Notes: generated by a model not told the origin, from the sequence alone. Shown: positions 40,756 to 50,087, counted from the stretch's first letter. The stretch: DNA of 64,000 nt from Spirochaetia bacterium (GCA_965199955.1 CBDATQ010000003.1:32001-96000); one strand, 5' to 3'. A program made the numbers and translations.

Positions 40756-40869
40756 CGGGGCGATGCTCAGGCCGGTCCCCTTTCCGGCCTTACGGAGCAT
40801 CGTCTCCCGGTCTATACGATCAGCTCGGCTGTCCTATCTTCTCTGTCGCTTCGGACCTGTCGGCCCTTC

Positions 40870-41592
40870 TTACATCTCCTGGCTTTCGGGATGGTCGACC
40901 ATCCAGTTCCCGTCCGCGTCCTGCGACGCGACGAAGTGCCAGGCCCTGCCGTCTTCGTCCGTGACGTAGAAGGTTCCCCCGGTTGCCATGCCGTTCTCGT
41001 ACATGCCCTCGTAGCGGGAACCGGTGGCCCAGGTATAGGTGCCTTCGCCGTTCGGCATGCCGGCCATGAATCCGCCCTCGTACATATCACCGCTGGGCCA
41101 CTTCATCATGCCGGAGCCGTCGATGCTGCCGGCCATGAAGTTGCCTTCATAGCTGGTGCCGTCGGTCCACATCAGCATGCCCATGCCCTCGATCGTCTCG
41201 GTCACGAAGATGCCGCTGTAGGTCAGGCCGTCGGGCCAGGTCAGCGTGCCGGAGCCGTTGATGCGACCGGCGGCGAAGTTGCCTTCATACGACGCGCCGC
41301 TCGGCCAGGTCATCATGCCGACGCCGGCCATCTCGCCAGCCTGGAACGGGCCTTCGTACATGGCGCCCGAAGGCCACGTGAGCCGGCCTTCACCGTGCGG
41401 CAGACCGGAATCGAATGCACCTTCGTACATCGTTCCGTCGGCCCAGGTGTAGGTGCCCTGGCCGTGGACCTTGCCATCCTCGAACTCGCCTTCGTAGGTC
41501 GAGCCGTCGTCGTACGCGAAGCTGCCGGTCTTGGCCCAGGCAGCCGCCGCTCCGACGAGTGCGATAGTCAGAAGAGCTGCTAGAACTTTCAT
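40870..41592 (-). CDS. Secreted MORN-repeat protein
   Basis: Signal peptide ending AWA; about 8 tandem 23-aa YEG.F..G...G.G...W..G repeats. Confidence 0.92.
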   Translation of the reverse strand: MKVLAALLTIALVGAAAAWAKTGSFAYDDGSTYEGEFEDGKVHGQGTYTWADGTMYEGAFDSGLPHGEGRLTWPSGAMYEGPFQAGEMAGVGMMTWPSGASYEGNFAAGRINGSGTLTWPDGLTYSGIFVTETIEGMGMLMWTDGTSYEGNFMAGSIDGSGMMKWPSGDMYEGGFMAGMPNGEGTYTWATGSRYEGMYENGMATGGTFYVTDEDGRAWHFVASQDADGNWMVDHPESQEM

Positions 41593-41670
41593 GGAACAAC
41601 AATCGCAGATTCTGAAAGTTGTGGCAACCCGTCATGGTACGATTTGCACCGATCGACCAAGGAGGCCCCG

Positions 41671-44010
41671 ATGCTCACCGAAAACCGGCTGGAAACCGGC
41701 TGGACCACCACCGAGGAGGATCGCGCGGCAGCGGCGGAGCTGGCGGCGCGCATCCCCCCGCGCGTCTTCGACGCTCACATGCATCTCTATGATATAAAAC
41801 ATTTTCCGAGCGTGGGCCCGATGCTGGAGTGGGGACCGGAGCGGGTCGGCCTGGACGACTGGCGGGGCCTGGTCGGCGCGCAGCTCGGCGGCCCGGAGCG
41901 GATGGCGGGCGCCCTGGTCCTGCCCTTTCCGGCGCCGGATCTGCCGATCGCCCCCAAGAACGCGTACGTCGCCGAGCAGACCGCCGGGCATCCGAGGGCC
42001 ATCCGGGCGTACCTGGTCGCTGCGAGCACCACGCTGGCGGAGGTGGAAGGAGCCCTGGACGGCGAGGGAGTCGGCGGCTTCAAGTGCTACCACTGCTACA
42101 GCGCCCGTGAGGACACGCAGCAATCCTACATCGACGAGTTCCTGCCGGACTGGACGTGGCGGATCGCCGACCAGCGCGGCTGGTTCATCATGCTGCACAT
42201 CGTGCGCGACCCTGCGCTGGACGACCCGGAGAACCAGCGCCAGATCCGCGAGAAGTGCGAGCGGTTCCCGAACGCTCAGCTCATCCTGGCGCACGCCGCG
42301 CGCGGCTTCCACGGCCCGAACACCACGAAGTCAATCGCCTCCCTGCGCGGCCTGCAGAACGTCTGGTTCGACACCTCCGCGATCTGCGAGGCGGAGCCCA
42401 TGGTCGCCATCCTGGACGAGTTCGGGCCGCGCCGGCTTCTGTACGGCTCCGATTTTCCGATCTCACACCAGCGCGGGCGCTCGATCACGCTCGGCAGCGG
42501 GTTCGCGTGGGTCGCCACCGACCAGGTCGAGTGGAACGACCACGCCTTCTTCGGGCAGCCGATCCAGGTCGGCCTGGAGGAGGTGCGCGCCATCCTCCAC
42601 GCGGCCGACCGGTTCGGACTGAACGAGGTCGACCTGCAGGACGTGTTCTGCGACAACGCGGAGCGGCTGCTGGGTCTCCGAGCAGTCGATCCCGAAATGG
42701 GGCAGAAGAGCTACGAGCGCGCGCTCACCGTCATCCCGCGCGGCAATCACCTGCTCAGCAAGAACCCGGACCGCATGGCGCCCGGGCAGTGGCCGCCCTA
42801 CTTCCGCGAGGCCCGCGGCTGCGAGGTGTGGGACGAGGCGGGACGCCACTTCTTCGACTGCTCCTCGCACGGGATCGGCGCGACCATCCTGGGGTTCCGC
42901 GACCCGGACGTCACCCGTGCGGTGATCCGGCGGGTCAGCCTGGGGAGTTGCTCGACGCTCAACCCGCGCGAGGAGCTGGAGTTGGCCGACCTCCTGTGCG
43001 GCCTCCACCCCTGGGCGGAACGGGTACGGCTGGCGCGCACCGGCGGCGAGACCATGACCGTGGCGGTGCGTATCGCCCGCGCGACCACCGACCGCTCCGT
43101 GGTGGCGATCAGCGGCTACCACGGATGGCACGACTGGTACCTGGCGGCCAATTTGGGCGAGAGCGACGCGCTCCGAGGCCACCTGATGCCGGGCCTGGAG
43201 CCGCTCGGCGTTCCGCGCGAGCTGCGCGGAACGGCGCAGGTCTTCGAATGGGGCGACCTGGAGAAGTTCGACCGCATCATCGCCGAGCACGGCGACCGGC
43301 TGGCTGCCGTCGTGATGGAACCGTGCCGGGGGAAGGACCCCGACCCCGGCTACCTGGAGCACATCCGCGACGAGGCGCACCGCGTCGGCGCGATGCTGAT
43401 CTTCGACGAGACGTCCATCGGCTTCCGCCTGGAGCGCGCCGGCGCGCACGCCCGCTTCGGGGTGAACCCCGACCTGGCCGCGTTCGGCAAGAGCCTGGGC
43501 AACGGCCACGCCATCGGCGCCGTGATCGGCACCGCGGCCGCCATGGAGGGCGCCGAGCACTCGTTCATCTCCTCCAGCTACTGGACCGAGGGCGTGGGCC
43601 CGGCGGCGGCGGTGGCAGCGGTAAAGAAGATGACGCAGCGGCTCGACGTGCCGGCGCTGGTGGCCGCGGTGGGGGAGCGGGTCAAGGCGGCGTGGCGCCG
43701 GCAGGCCGATGCCGCCGGGGTGCCCATGATCGTCAGCGATACCTACCCGTGCGGCGCGAGCGCCACCTTCGACCATGAGCAGGCGAGCGAGCTCAGCACG
43801 CTGTACACGCACCTGATGCTGGAGCGCGGCTTCCTGGCCCCGCCGACGATCTACTGCTCGGTGGCGCACACGGAGGAGGTGCTGGACCGGTACGAAGAGG
43901 CGATGGGGCCGGTCATGGCCGAGCTCGCCGACGCGATCCGCACGGGCGATGTCGCCGAACGGCTGCGCGGTCCGCTGCCGGTGGAGGGCTTCAGGCGCCT
44001 GGTCCGCTGA
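41671..44010 (+). CDS. Amidohydrolase-family domain fused to a class III PLP aminotransferase (GSA-aminomutase-like)
   Basis: FDAHMH, MLH, LAHAA, YGSDFP; then GQWPPYF..ARG, GYHGWHDW, FDETSIGFR, FGKSLGNG; SD AAGGAGG. Confidence 0.88.
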   Translation: MLTENRLETGWTTTEEDRAAAAELAARIPPRVFDAHMHLYDIKHFPSVGPMLEWGPERVGLDDWRGLVGAQLGGPERMAGALVLPFPAPDLPIAPKNAYVAEQTAGHPRAIRAYLVAASTTLAEVEGALDGEGVGGFKCYHCYSAREDTQQSYIDEFLPDWTWRIADQRGWFIMLHIVRDPALDDPENQRQIREKCERFPNAQLILAHAARGFHGPNTTKSIASLRGLQNVWFDTSAICEAEPMVAILDEFGPRRLLYGSDFPISHQRGRSITLGSGFAWVATDQVEWNDHAFFGQPIQVGLEEVRAILHAADRFGLNEVDLQDVFCDNAERLLGLRAVDPEMGQKSYERALTVIPRGNHLLSKNPDRMAPGQWPPYFREARGCEVWDEAGRHFFDCSSHGIGATILGFRDPDVTRAVIRRVSLGSCSTLNPREELELADLLCGLHPWAERVRLARTGGETMTVAVRIARATTDRSVVAISGYHGWHDWYLAANLGESDALRGHLMPGLEPLGVPRELRGTAQVFEWGDLEKFDRIIAEHGDRLAAVVMEPCRGKDPDPGYLEHIRDEAHRVGAMLIFDETSIGFRLERAGAHARFGVNPDLAAFGKSLGNGHAIGAVIGTAAAMEGAEHSFISSSYWTEGVGPAAAVAAVKKMTQRLDVPALVAAVGERVKAAWRRQADAAGVPMIVSDTYPCGASATFDHEQASELSTLYTHLMLERGFLAPPTIYCSVAHTEEVLDRYEEAMGPVMAELADAIRTGDVAERLRGPLPVEGFRRLVR

Positions 44011-44020
44011 GGGAGGCTCG

Positions 44021-44240
44021 ATGCTCCGCATCGCGCGTGGGGCCGGCGCTGCTGTCCGACGAACTGGTCGCGCCGCCGGAGTTCCGCGACGGCCGCATCG
44101 TGATGTCCGATCGCCCCGGCCTCGGCATGGAGTGGAACGAGGACCTGATCGAGCACACCGCGGCGGTGGTCTCGGCCTCGAACAGGAGGACGAAATCCTC
44201 GACGATCCGCATGGGGAGCGGTACTTTCCGTCCAAGATGA
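44021..44240 (+). pseudogene. Internally deleted enolase-superfamily (mandelate racemase/muconate lactonizing) remnant
   Basis: SD GGAGG then MLRIAR; out-of-frame C-terminal GPALLSDELV..FRDG.IVMSDRPGLGMEWNE. Confidence 0.75.
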
Positions 44241-47110
44241 AGACCAGACTGCTCCGCCTTCACCGGTGCCGCCGGACGGCGGTCACGATCGCCGCGGTCG
44301 CCGCCCTTGTCATGCTGGTGCCGGCGGCGTGGGCACAGAACCCGCAGGACGAGATCCCGTTCGACCCGGAGGTGCGCCGGGGCACGCTGGGCAACGGGCT
44401 GACCTACTACATCAAGGTCAACCCGGAGCCGCCCGAGCGCATCCAGCTCCGGTTGGGGGTCAACGCAGGCTCCGTGCTGGAGCAGGAGTCAGAGCGCGGC
44501 CTGGCCCACTACCTGGAGCACATGGCCTTCAACGGCACCGCCTCGTTCGCCGGCAACGAGATCATCGAGTACCTGGAGTCGATCGGCTCCGCCTTCGGAC
44601 CCGACATCAACGGCTACACGAGCTTCGATGAAACCGTCTACACCCTGGAGTTCCCCACCGATCCGGAGGTGATCGCGCAGGGTTTCGACATCCTGAGCGA
44701 ATGGGCATACGCCATCACCCTGGATCCGGAGGAGGTCGAGCGCGAGCGCGGCGTGGTGCTGGAGGAGTGGCGGCTCGGCCGCGGCGCCGACCAGCGCATC
44801 CGCGACCAGCAGTTTCCGGTGCTGTTCGGCGATTCCCAGTACTCGGTGCGGCTGCCGATCGGCCTGCGGGAAGTCATCGAGACCGCGTCGGCCGACGACC
44901 TGCGCGCTTTCTACGAGCGCTGGTACCGGCCCGACCTGATGGCCGTGGTCGCGGTGGGCGATCTGGACCTCGACGAGATGGAAGCCCTGATCCGCGAGCA
45001 CTTCGCGCCGCCGCCGGAGGGTGCGGCCGACTTCCCGCGCGCCTACCCGCCGGATCCGCCGACCGACCGCACGCAGTTTCCCGTTCCCCCGCACCCCGAC
45101 CTGCGGGTGAACGTGTCGACCGATCCCGAGGTGAACCTCACCACGCTGTGGATCTACCACAAGGTGCCGGCACAGGTCGGCCACGACCGCGCCGCCTACC
45201 GGCGCCTGCTGGTCGATCGGCTGTTCCGCGGCATGCTCAACGCCCGGCTGTACGAACGCAGCCGGGAGGCCGATCCACCGTTTCTCGCGGCCGGCAGCGG
45301 CAGGTCCCTGTTGGTGGGAGATGCCGCTACCCTGTACATGGCCGCCTACGTGGACAAGGACCGCATCCCGCGCGGGCTGGACACGCTGCTCGAGGAGATG
45401 CAGCGCACCGCCCAGCACGGGTTCACGGCCACCGAGCTGGAGCGCGAGAAGGCCACCATGCTGCGCGAGATCGAGAGTGCGTGGCACGAAAAGGACCAGC
45501 GGCCGTCGCAGCGTCTGGCGGAGGATTACCTGCGCCACTTCCTGGACGGCGAACCGGTCCCGGGGGTCGACGCGGAATACGTCCTGCATAACGAGATGCT
45601 GCCGGAGATCACCGTGGAGGACGTGAACCGGATCGCCGAGCCCTGGCGCGGGATCCACAACGCGGTGGTGCTGCTGTCGGGCCCGGACGGCATACCGGCG
45701 GGGCCGGAGACCGAAGCCGAGCTGATCGCGAAGATCACCGCCGCCCCGGCCCTGGAGGTCGCGGCCTATGTCGACGAAACCAGCGACGAGCCGTTGCTGG
45801 CCGAGATCCCGGAGCCGGGCACCATCGTCGCCGAGGAGGCCATAGACGCCGTGGACGCCGTGCGCTGGACCCTCTCCAACGGCGTCACCGTCATCGCCAA
45901 GCAGACGGATTTCCGGGACGACGAGGTCCTGCTGTCCGCGACCAGCCCCGGCGGCACCTCGCTGGTGGAGGACGCCGACTACGTGGCCGCCGTCACCGCG
46001 GACAATCTGGTGAGCGGCTCCGGCGTCGGCGCGCATGACGTGGTCGCGCTGGAGAAGCTGCTGGCCGGCAACACCGCCTCGCTGTCCCCGTACATCGGCG
46101 GGCTGTTCGAGGGATTCACCGGCGACTCCTCCCCAGACGACTTGGAGACGCTGTTCCAGCTCGTCACCCTGTACGCGACCGCCCCTCGACTGGACGCCGA
46201 CTACTTCGAGAGCTACTCGTCCAACCTGAGGAGCCAGGCCGAGAACCGGCTGTCGCAGCCGGACGCGGTGTTCTCCGACACCTACCGCAGCGCGATCAGC
46301 CAGGACCACTTCCGCACCCGGCCGTTCACGGTCGAGTGGGTGGAGGAGCTCAACCTGGAGCGCTCCACCGCCATCTATCACGATCGCTTCACCGATCTCG
46401 GCGACTTCACCTTCATCGTCGTCGGCGCGTTCGAGTGGGATGCGCTGCGCTCGCTGACCGCCACGTACCTGGCCACGCTGCCGGCAGCCAGCCGGGTCGA
46501 GACCTGGCGCGACGTGGGCATCGACCCGCCGCCGGAGATAGAGGAACGCATCGTCCGGCAGGGAATCGACGAACGCTCGATCACCCGCGTCGCCTTCGCC
46601 GGCGACATGGACTGGAGCCGCGAGGCGTCCCTGGAGCTGTCGGCCCTCGGCGAGATGCTGCAGATCCGCCTGCGCGAACGGGTCCGTGAGGAGTTGGGGG
46701 GCACCTACTCGATCGGCATCGGCGCTTCGGCATCGGCTCTGCCCGACCCCGAGTACCAGGTCACGGTCTGGTTCTCCAGCGACCCGGAACGCGCCGACGA
46801 GCTGTTCGATGAGGTGCTGATCGGCGTCGACTGGGCATTGGACGGCGCCGAGCAGAGCTATCTGGACAAGGCGAAGGAGATCCTGCGCTCGAGTCGTGAG
46901 GAGCAGCTCCGGCGCAACGGCTTCTGGCTGGGTCAGATCCGGGGAGCCGTGCAGCGCGGCGAGCCGTTCCAGGCGATCGCCGGCTTCGACGAGCGCCTGG
47001 ACGCGCTGACCCTGGAGCAGGTGGCGGAGGCGGCCCGCCGCTACCTCAGCCGCGACCGCTACGTCCGGGTCGTGCTGCTGCCGGAAGAGTCGGAGAGCGG
47101 TTCGGAGTAG
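44237..47110 (+). CDS. Secreted M16 zinc peptidase (PqqL-like)
   Basis: Signal peptide, HYLEHMAF (HxxEH), NGYTSFDETVY, second LSNG module, RVREELGGTY. Confidence 0.93.
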   Translation: MKTRLLRLHRCRRTAVTIAAVAALVMLVPAAWAQNPQDEIPFDPEVRRGTLGNGLTYYIKVNPEPPERIQLRLGVNAGSVLEQESERGLAHYLEHMAFNGTASFAGNEIIEYLESIGSAFGPDINGYTSFDETVYTLEFPTDPEVIAQGFDILSEWAYAITLDPEEVERERGVVLEEWRLGRGADQRIRDQQFPVLFGDSQYSVRLPIGLREVIETASADDLRAFYERWYRPDLMAVVAVGDLDLDEMEALIREHFAPPPEGAADFPRAYPPDPPTDRTQFPVPPHPDLRVNVSTDPEVNLTTLWIYHKVPAQVGHDRAAYRRLLVDRLFRGMLNARLYERSREADPPFLAAGSGRSLLVGDAATLYMAAYVDKDRIPRGLDTLLEEMQRTAQHGFTATELEREKATMLREIESAWHEKDQRPSQRLAEDYLRHFLDGEPVPGVDAEYVLHNEMLPEITVEDVNRIAEPWRGIHNAVVLLSGPDGIPAGPETEAELIAKITAAPALEVAAYVDETSDEPLLAEIPEPGTIVAEEAIDAVDAVRWTLSNGVTVIAKQTDFRDDEVLLSATSPGGTSLVEDADYVAAVTADNLVSGSGVGAHDVVALEKLLAGNTASLSPYIGGLFEGFTGDSSPDDLETLFQLVTLYATAPRLDADYFESYSSNLRSQAENRLSQPDAVFSDTYRSAISQDHFRTRPFTVEWVEELNLERSTAIYHDRFTDLGDFTFIVVGAFEWDALRSLTATYLATLPAASRVETWRDVGIDPPPEIEERIVRQGIDERSITRVAFAGDMDWSREASLELSALGEMLQIRLRERVREELGGTYSIGIGASASALPDPEYQVTVWFSSDPERADELFDEVLIGVDWALDGAEQSYLDKAKEILRSSREEQLRRNGFWLGQIRGAVQRGEPFQAIAGFDERLDALTLEQVAEAARRYLSRDRYVRVVLLPEESESGSE

Positions 47111-47823
47111 CCGCCCCCGGCCCCCGCGGCGCTCAGGTCCACCGTCGGCAGCCGTGTCTCGCACACGTCGCCGCCGGCGAGGCTGAGCGCGTAGGCGCCC
47201 GCGGTGGACCGCGCCGTCACCACGCGGCGCAGCTCCGTGCCGGCGTAGTGGGCGGCCGCGCCGTCGTCCAGGGCGATGCCGGGGACGATCTCGCCGGCGC
47301 GCAGCATCGCGTGCAGGGTCGGCCGGCGCTCCGGCTCCGCGTCGTAGTGCGGGCAGCAGCTTCCCGGCAGGAAGCCCAGACAGTCGAGCGGCCGCAGCCG
47401 GTCGGCCCAGGAGTCGGTGCTGCCCTGCTCGAACCAGCAGATCGCCCCGGCGCTGACCCCCGACAGCACGATCCCGGCCTGCCACGCCTCCCGCAGGACC
47501 TCGTGCAGGCCCCATTCGCGCCAGACGCCAAGCAGGCTGCGGGTGTTGCCCCCGCCCACGAAGATCACGTCGCGGCCGAACACCCACTCGCGCAGGTCGG
47601 GCGTGCGCGTGAACAGCGACAGGTGCGACGGCCTGCAGTCCAGGCGCCCGCAGGCGGAGTAGAACCGGACCAGGTAGGAGTCCGCGTCGCCGGTGGCGGT
47701 GGGGATGAACCCGACCGACGGACGATCGGTCGTCGCCTGCGCAAGGATGTTGCGCTCGACGAGCAGGTCTCCCGGTCCGAACCCGCCGCCGCCAAGCGCG
47801 ATTATGTGGCGCTCAGTCGACGT
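47059..47823 (-). CDS. Peptidase E (S51) family; probable ACG start at 47823
   Basis: HIIALGGG, FIPTATGD, VGGGNT, GVSAGA, PHYD. Confidence 0.88.
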   Translation of the reverse strand, partial: TSTERHIIALGGGGFGPGDLLVERNILAQATTDRPSVGFIPTATGDADSYLVRFYSACGRLDCRPSHLSLFTRTPDLREWVFGRDVIFVGGGNTRSLLGVWREWGLHEVLREAWQAGIVLSGVSAGAICWFEQGSTDSWADRLRPLDCLGFLPGSCCPHYDAEPERRPTLHAMLRAGEIVPGIALDDGAAAHYAGTELRRVVTARSTAGAYALSLAGGDVCETRLPTVDLSAAGAGGGYSEPLSDSSGSSTTRT

Positions 47824-48151
47824 GGAAGACCTCCTCGGCCGCGGCCCACCACTCGCCTTCGGCGCGGTCCGGCAGCGGCTCCTGGCAGGGGTCGGTGATC
47901 TTCCACCACTCCTGCGTCCTGGGATCGGCCGCCATCGCCGCCATGTCGGCGGCGAAGTCGCTGCCGACGTACTCGAAGTACGAGAACAGGTAGTGCTTGC
48001 CGTCCGGCAGGCGGCGCAGGAAGATCGAGTAGTTGCGGATGTTGGACCGGTGGATCCGGTCCAGCACGTCCGGCCACACGTCGGCATGCAGCCGGTTGTA
48101 TTCCTCGATCTTCTCTTCCCGCAGGCCGACGATTAATCCGTAGCGCTTCAT
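47813..48151 (-). CDS. L-rhamnose mutarotase family protein
   Basis: EYNRLHADVWP, IRNYSIF, LFSYFEY, TQEWW, EEVFH. Confidence 0.9.
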   Translation of the reverse strand: MKRYGLIVGLREEKIEEYNRLHADVWPDVLDRIHRSNIRNYSIFLRRLPDGKHYLFSYFEYVGSDFAADMAAMAADPRTQEWWKITDPCQEPLPDRAEGEWWAAAEEVFHVD

Positions 48152-48476
48152 GTCTCTCCTCCTCTGCGCTGCCGCGCCAGTCGAGCCCCGGCGGTCAGCG
48201 CCTGCAGCTTGGCGCGGGCGATGTGCCGGGGGCAGTGGTTGAAGCCGCAGTCCGGCACCGCGACGATGCGCGCGGCATCCATATGGCGCGCCGCCTGCTC
48301 CAGGGCGGCGGCCACTTCCTCGGCGTCCTCGACGAAGCAGGACTTCACGTCGACCACGCCGTGTCGGCCTCACCCAGGTCGCCGGCGGACGCGGCGCGCT
48401 CCTCCAGGGCGATCAGCCAGCTCGGCAGCGCGTAGCTGCCGATCATCTCGGTCGGATAGAGCGGCCGGTCGGCCAC
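48148..48476 (-). pseudogene. Internally deleted cobalamin-independent methionine synthase II-family remnant
   Basis: PTEMIGSYALPSWL N-terminus joined out of frame near 48362 to GVVDVKS..VEDAEEVA..PDCGF..ARAKL. Confidence 0.85.
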
Positions 48477-48478
48477 GG

Positions 48479-49258
48479 TCAGCCCGTTGCCTCCCTGATG
48501 GCGTCGACGTTGCGGCGCGCGACCTGGGCCAGCATGCCGTTCAGCTCGCCGCAGATGATCAGCCTGGCGCCCATCTCGATCCAGCGCGCCGCGCTCTCGC
48601 CGTCGGGGACCACCGTCCCGCACGGCTTGCCCACGCGCGCGCAACCCTCGATGGCCCGGCGGATGACCGCCTCGTGCGGTCCGCCCGCCCGGTAGAAGTC
48701 GGTCAGGGCGATGCCTTGCGACATGGCCAGGTCGTACGGCCCCACCAGGCAGGCGGTGACCCACGGCCGGTCGAACACGGACGGGTCGTCGACCGCGCGC
48801 GGCGTCTCGATCATCGGGATCAGCGCGAGTTGCTCCTCCAGGTCCGCCCAGGTCTCGCGGCGGAAGTCGCTCACGTGGCGGTTGCCGGGGCCGCCCGGGC
48901 CGCGCTCGCCGACCGGCGGCAGGAAGGCGGCGCGGCGCAGCGTGTCGACCTGCTCGGCCGTGTCGACCATCGGCAGGATAGCCCCGAGCGAGCCGTAGTC
49001 GAGCGCCAGGCGCACGTGCTCGTACGTGCAGAACGTGCGCATGATCACGGCAAAGCCGGCCAGCCGGCCGACCCGGCAGATGGCGGCGAGGCGGTCCGGG
49101 GGATACTCCCCGTGCTCGGCGTCGAGCATCAGGAAGTCGTAGCCGGCGTTCTGCAGCACCTCGATGTGCGATTCGTGGGTGTTGTCGGTGGCGAGGGCCC
49201 CGATCGGCACCTCGCCCGCCGCCAGCTTGCGCACGACGGCATTCTCGGTCACAGGCAT
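48479..49258 (-). CDS. HpcH/HpaI-family aldolase
   Basis: GYDFLMLDAEH, PPVGERG, PMIET, VGPYDL. Confidence 0.9.
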   Translation of the reverse strand: MPVTENAVVRKLAAGEVPIGALATDNTHESHIEVLQNAGYDFLMLDAEHGEYPPDRLAAICRVGRLAGFAVIMRTFCTYEHVRLALDYGSLGAILPMVDTAEQVDTLRRAAFLPPVGERGPGGPGNRHVSDFRRETWADLEEQLALIPMIETPRAVDDPSVFDRPWVTACLVGPYDLAMSQGIALTDFYRAGGPHEAVIRRAIEGCARVGKPCGTVVPDGESAARWIEMGARLIICGELNGMLAQVARRNVDAIREATG

Positions 49259-49283
49259 GCCCAGACCATACCGCACTTGGCCG

Positions 49284-50057
49284 CTACAGGATGCCGAAGA
49301 CCTCCAGAAGTCCCGAGACCCGGACCGCCATCACCACCACGGCGACGACCAGGATCGCGCGGATCCAGCGCTCGCCGCCGGCCACCGAGAAGCGCGCGCC
49401 GATCCAGGCGCCGGCGGCATTGCCGGCAGCCAGGGTCAGGCCCGGACCCCACTCGACCTTGCCGTTGAGCAGGAACACCGTCAGCGCCGACACCGTGAAG
49501 ATCAGGATCACCGCCACCTTGACCGCGTTGATGCGCACTAGGTCGTAGCCGGTCAGGAAGATCAGGGAGCTCATGATCAGGAAGCCCACCCCCGCCTGGA
49601 TGAAGCCCCCGTACACGCCGATGGCGAAGAAGATCGCCATCAGCAGGATGCGCCGCGAGCCGGCCGGCGGCTCTACGGCGCCCTGCCCGTCGGCCGGCTT
49701 GGGCTTGAAGAAGATCGACACCAGCACCAGCACCATGACCCCGGCCAGCACCGCGTTGAACACGGCGTCCGGCACGTCCACGGCAATGCGCGAGCCGACC
49801 ACCGCGCCGGCCAGCGCCGGCAGGCCGAGCTGCAGAGCGAGCGCCGGCTCGAAGTGGCCCTTGCTGCGGAAGCCGGCGACGGCGGTGATGTTCTGCAGCA
49901 TGATCGCCACCCGCACCGTGCCGTTGGCGACACTGGAGGGCATGCCCAGGAAGATCAGCACCGGCATGGTGAGCGCGCTGCCGCCGCCGGCCACCGTGTT
50001 CAGGAAGCCGCCGGCGACGCCGACCACCAGCACCAGCGCGAGCTCGGGTAGTTCCAT
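49284..50057 (-). CDS. TauE/SafE-family membrane protein
   Basis: AGFLNTVAGGGS, VANGT, YGGFIQAGVG. Confidence 0.9.
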   Translation of the reverse strand: MELPELALVLVVGVAGGFLNTVAGGGSALTMPVLIFLGMPSSVANGTVRVAIMLQNITAVAGFRSKGHFEPALALQLGLPALAGAVVGSRIAVDVPDAVFNAVLAGVMVLVLVSIFFKPKPADGQGAVEPPAGSRRILLMAIFFAIGVYGGFIQAGVGFLIMSSLIFLTGYDLVRINAVKVAVILIFTVSALTVFLLNGKVEWGPGLTLAAGNAAGAWIGARFSVAGGERWIRAILVVAVVVMAVRVSGLLEVFGIL

Positions 50058-50087
50058 GGGGGGGTTACCGCAACTGAATCGAGCGCC

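Noticed and set aside
41635..41648. Sigma-54 promoter (TGGTAC...TTGCA)
   Set aside because: GG-to-GC spacing is 8 nt, not 10; it fits better as an extended -10 TGnTACGAT
43949..44236. N-terminal extension of the M16 peptidase
   Set aside because: The signal peptide starts at ATG 44237; the upstream region is an enolase-family remnant and the aminotransferase end
44489..47587. 1032-aa antisense ORF and similar long shadow ORFs (e.g. 34180-36432, 36116-38107, 30269-32197)
   Set aside because: Antisense to well-supported genes; expected in high-GC DNA; no recognisable motifs
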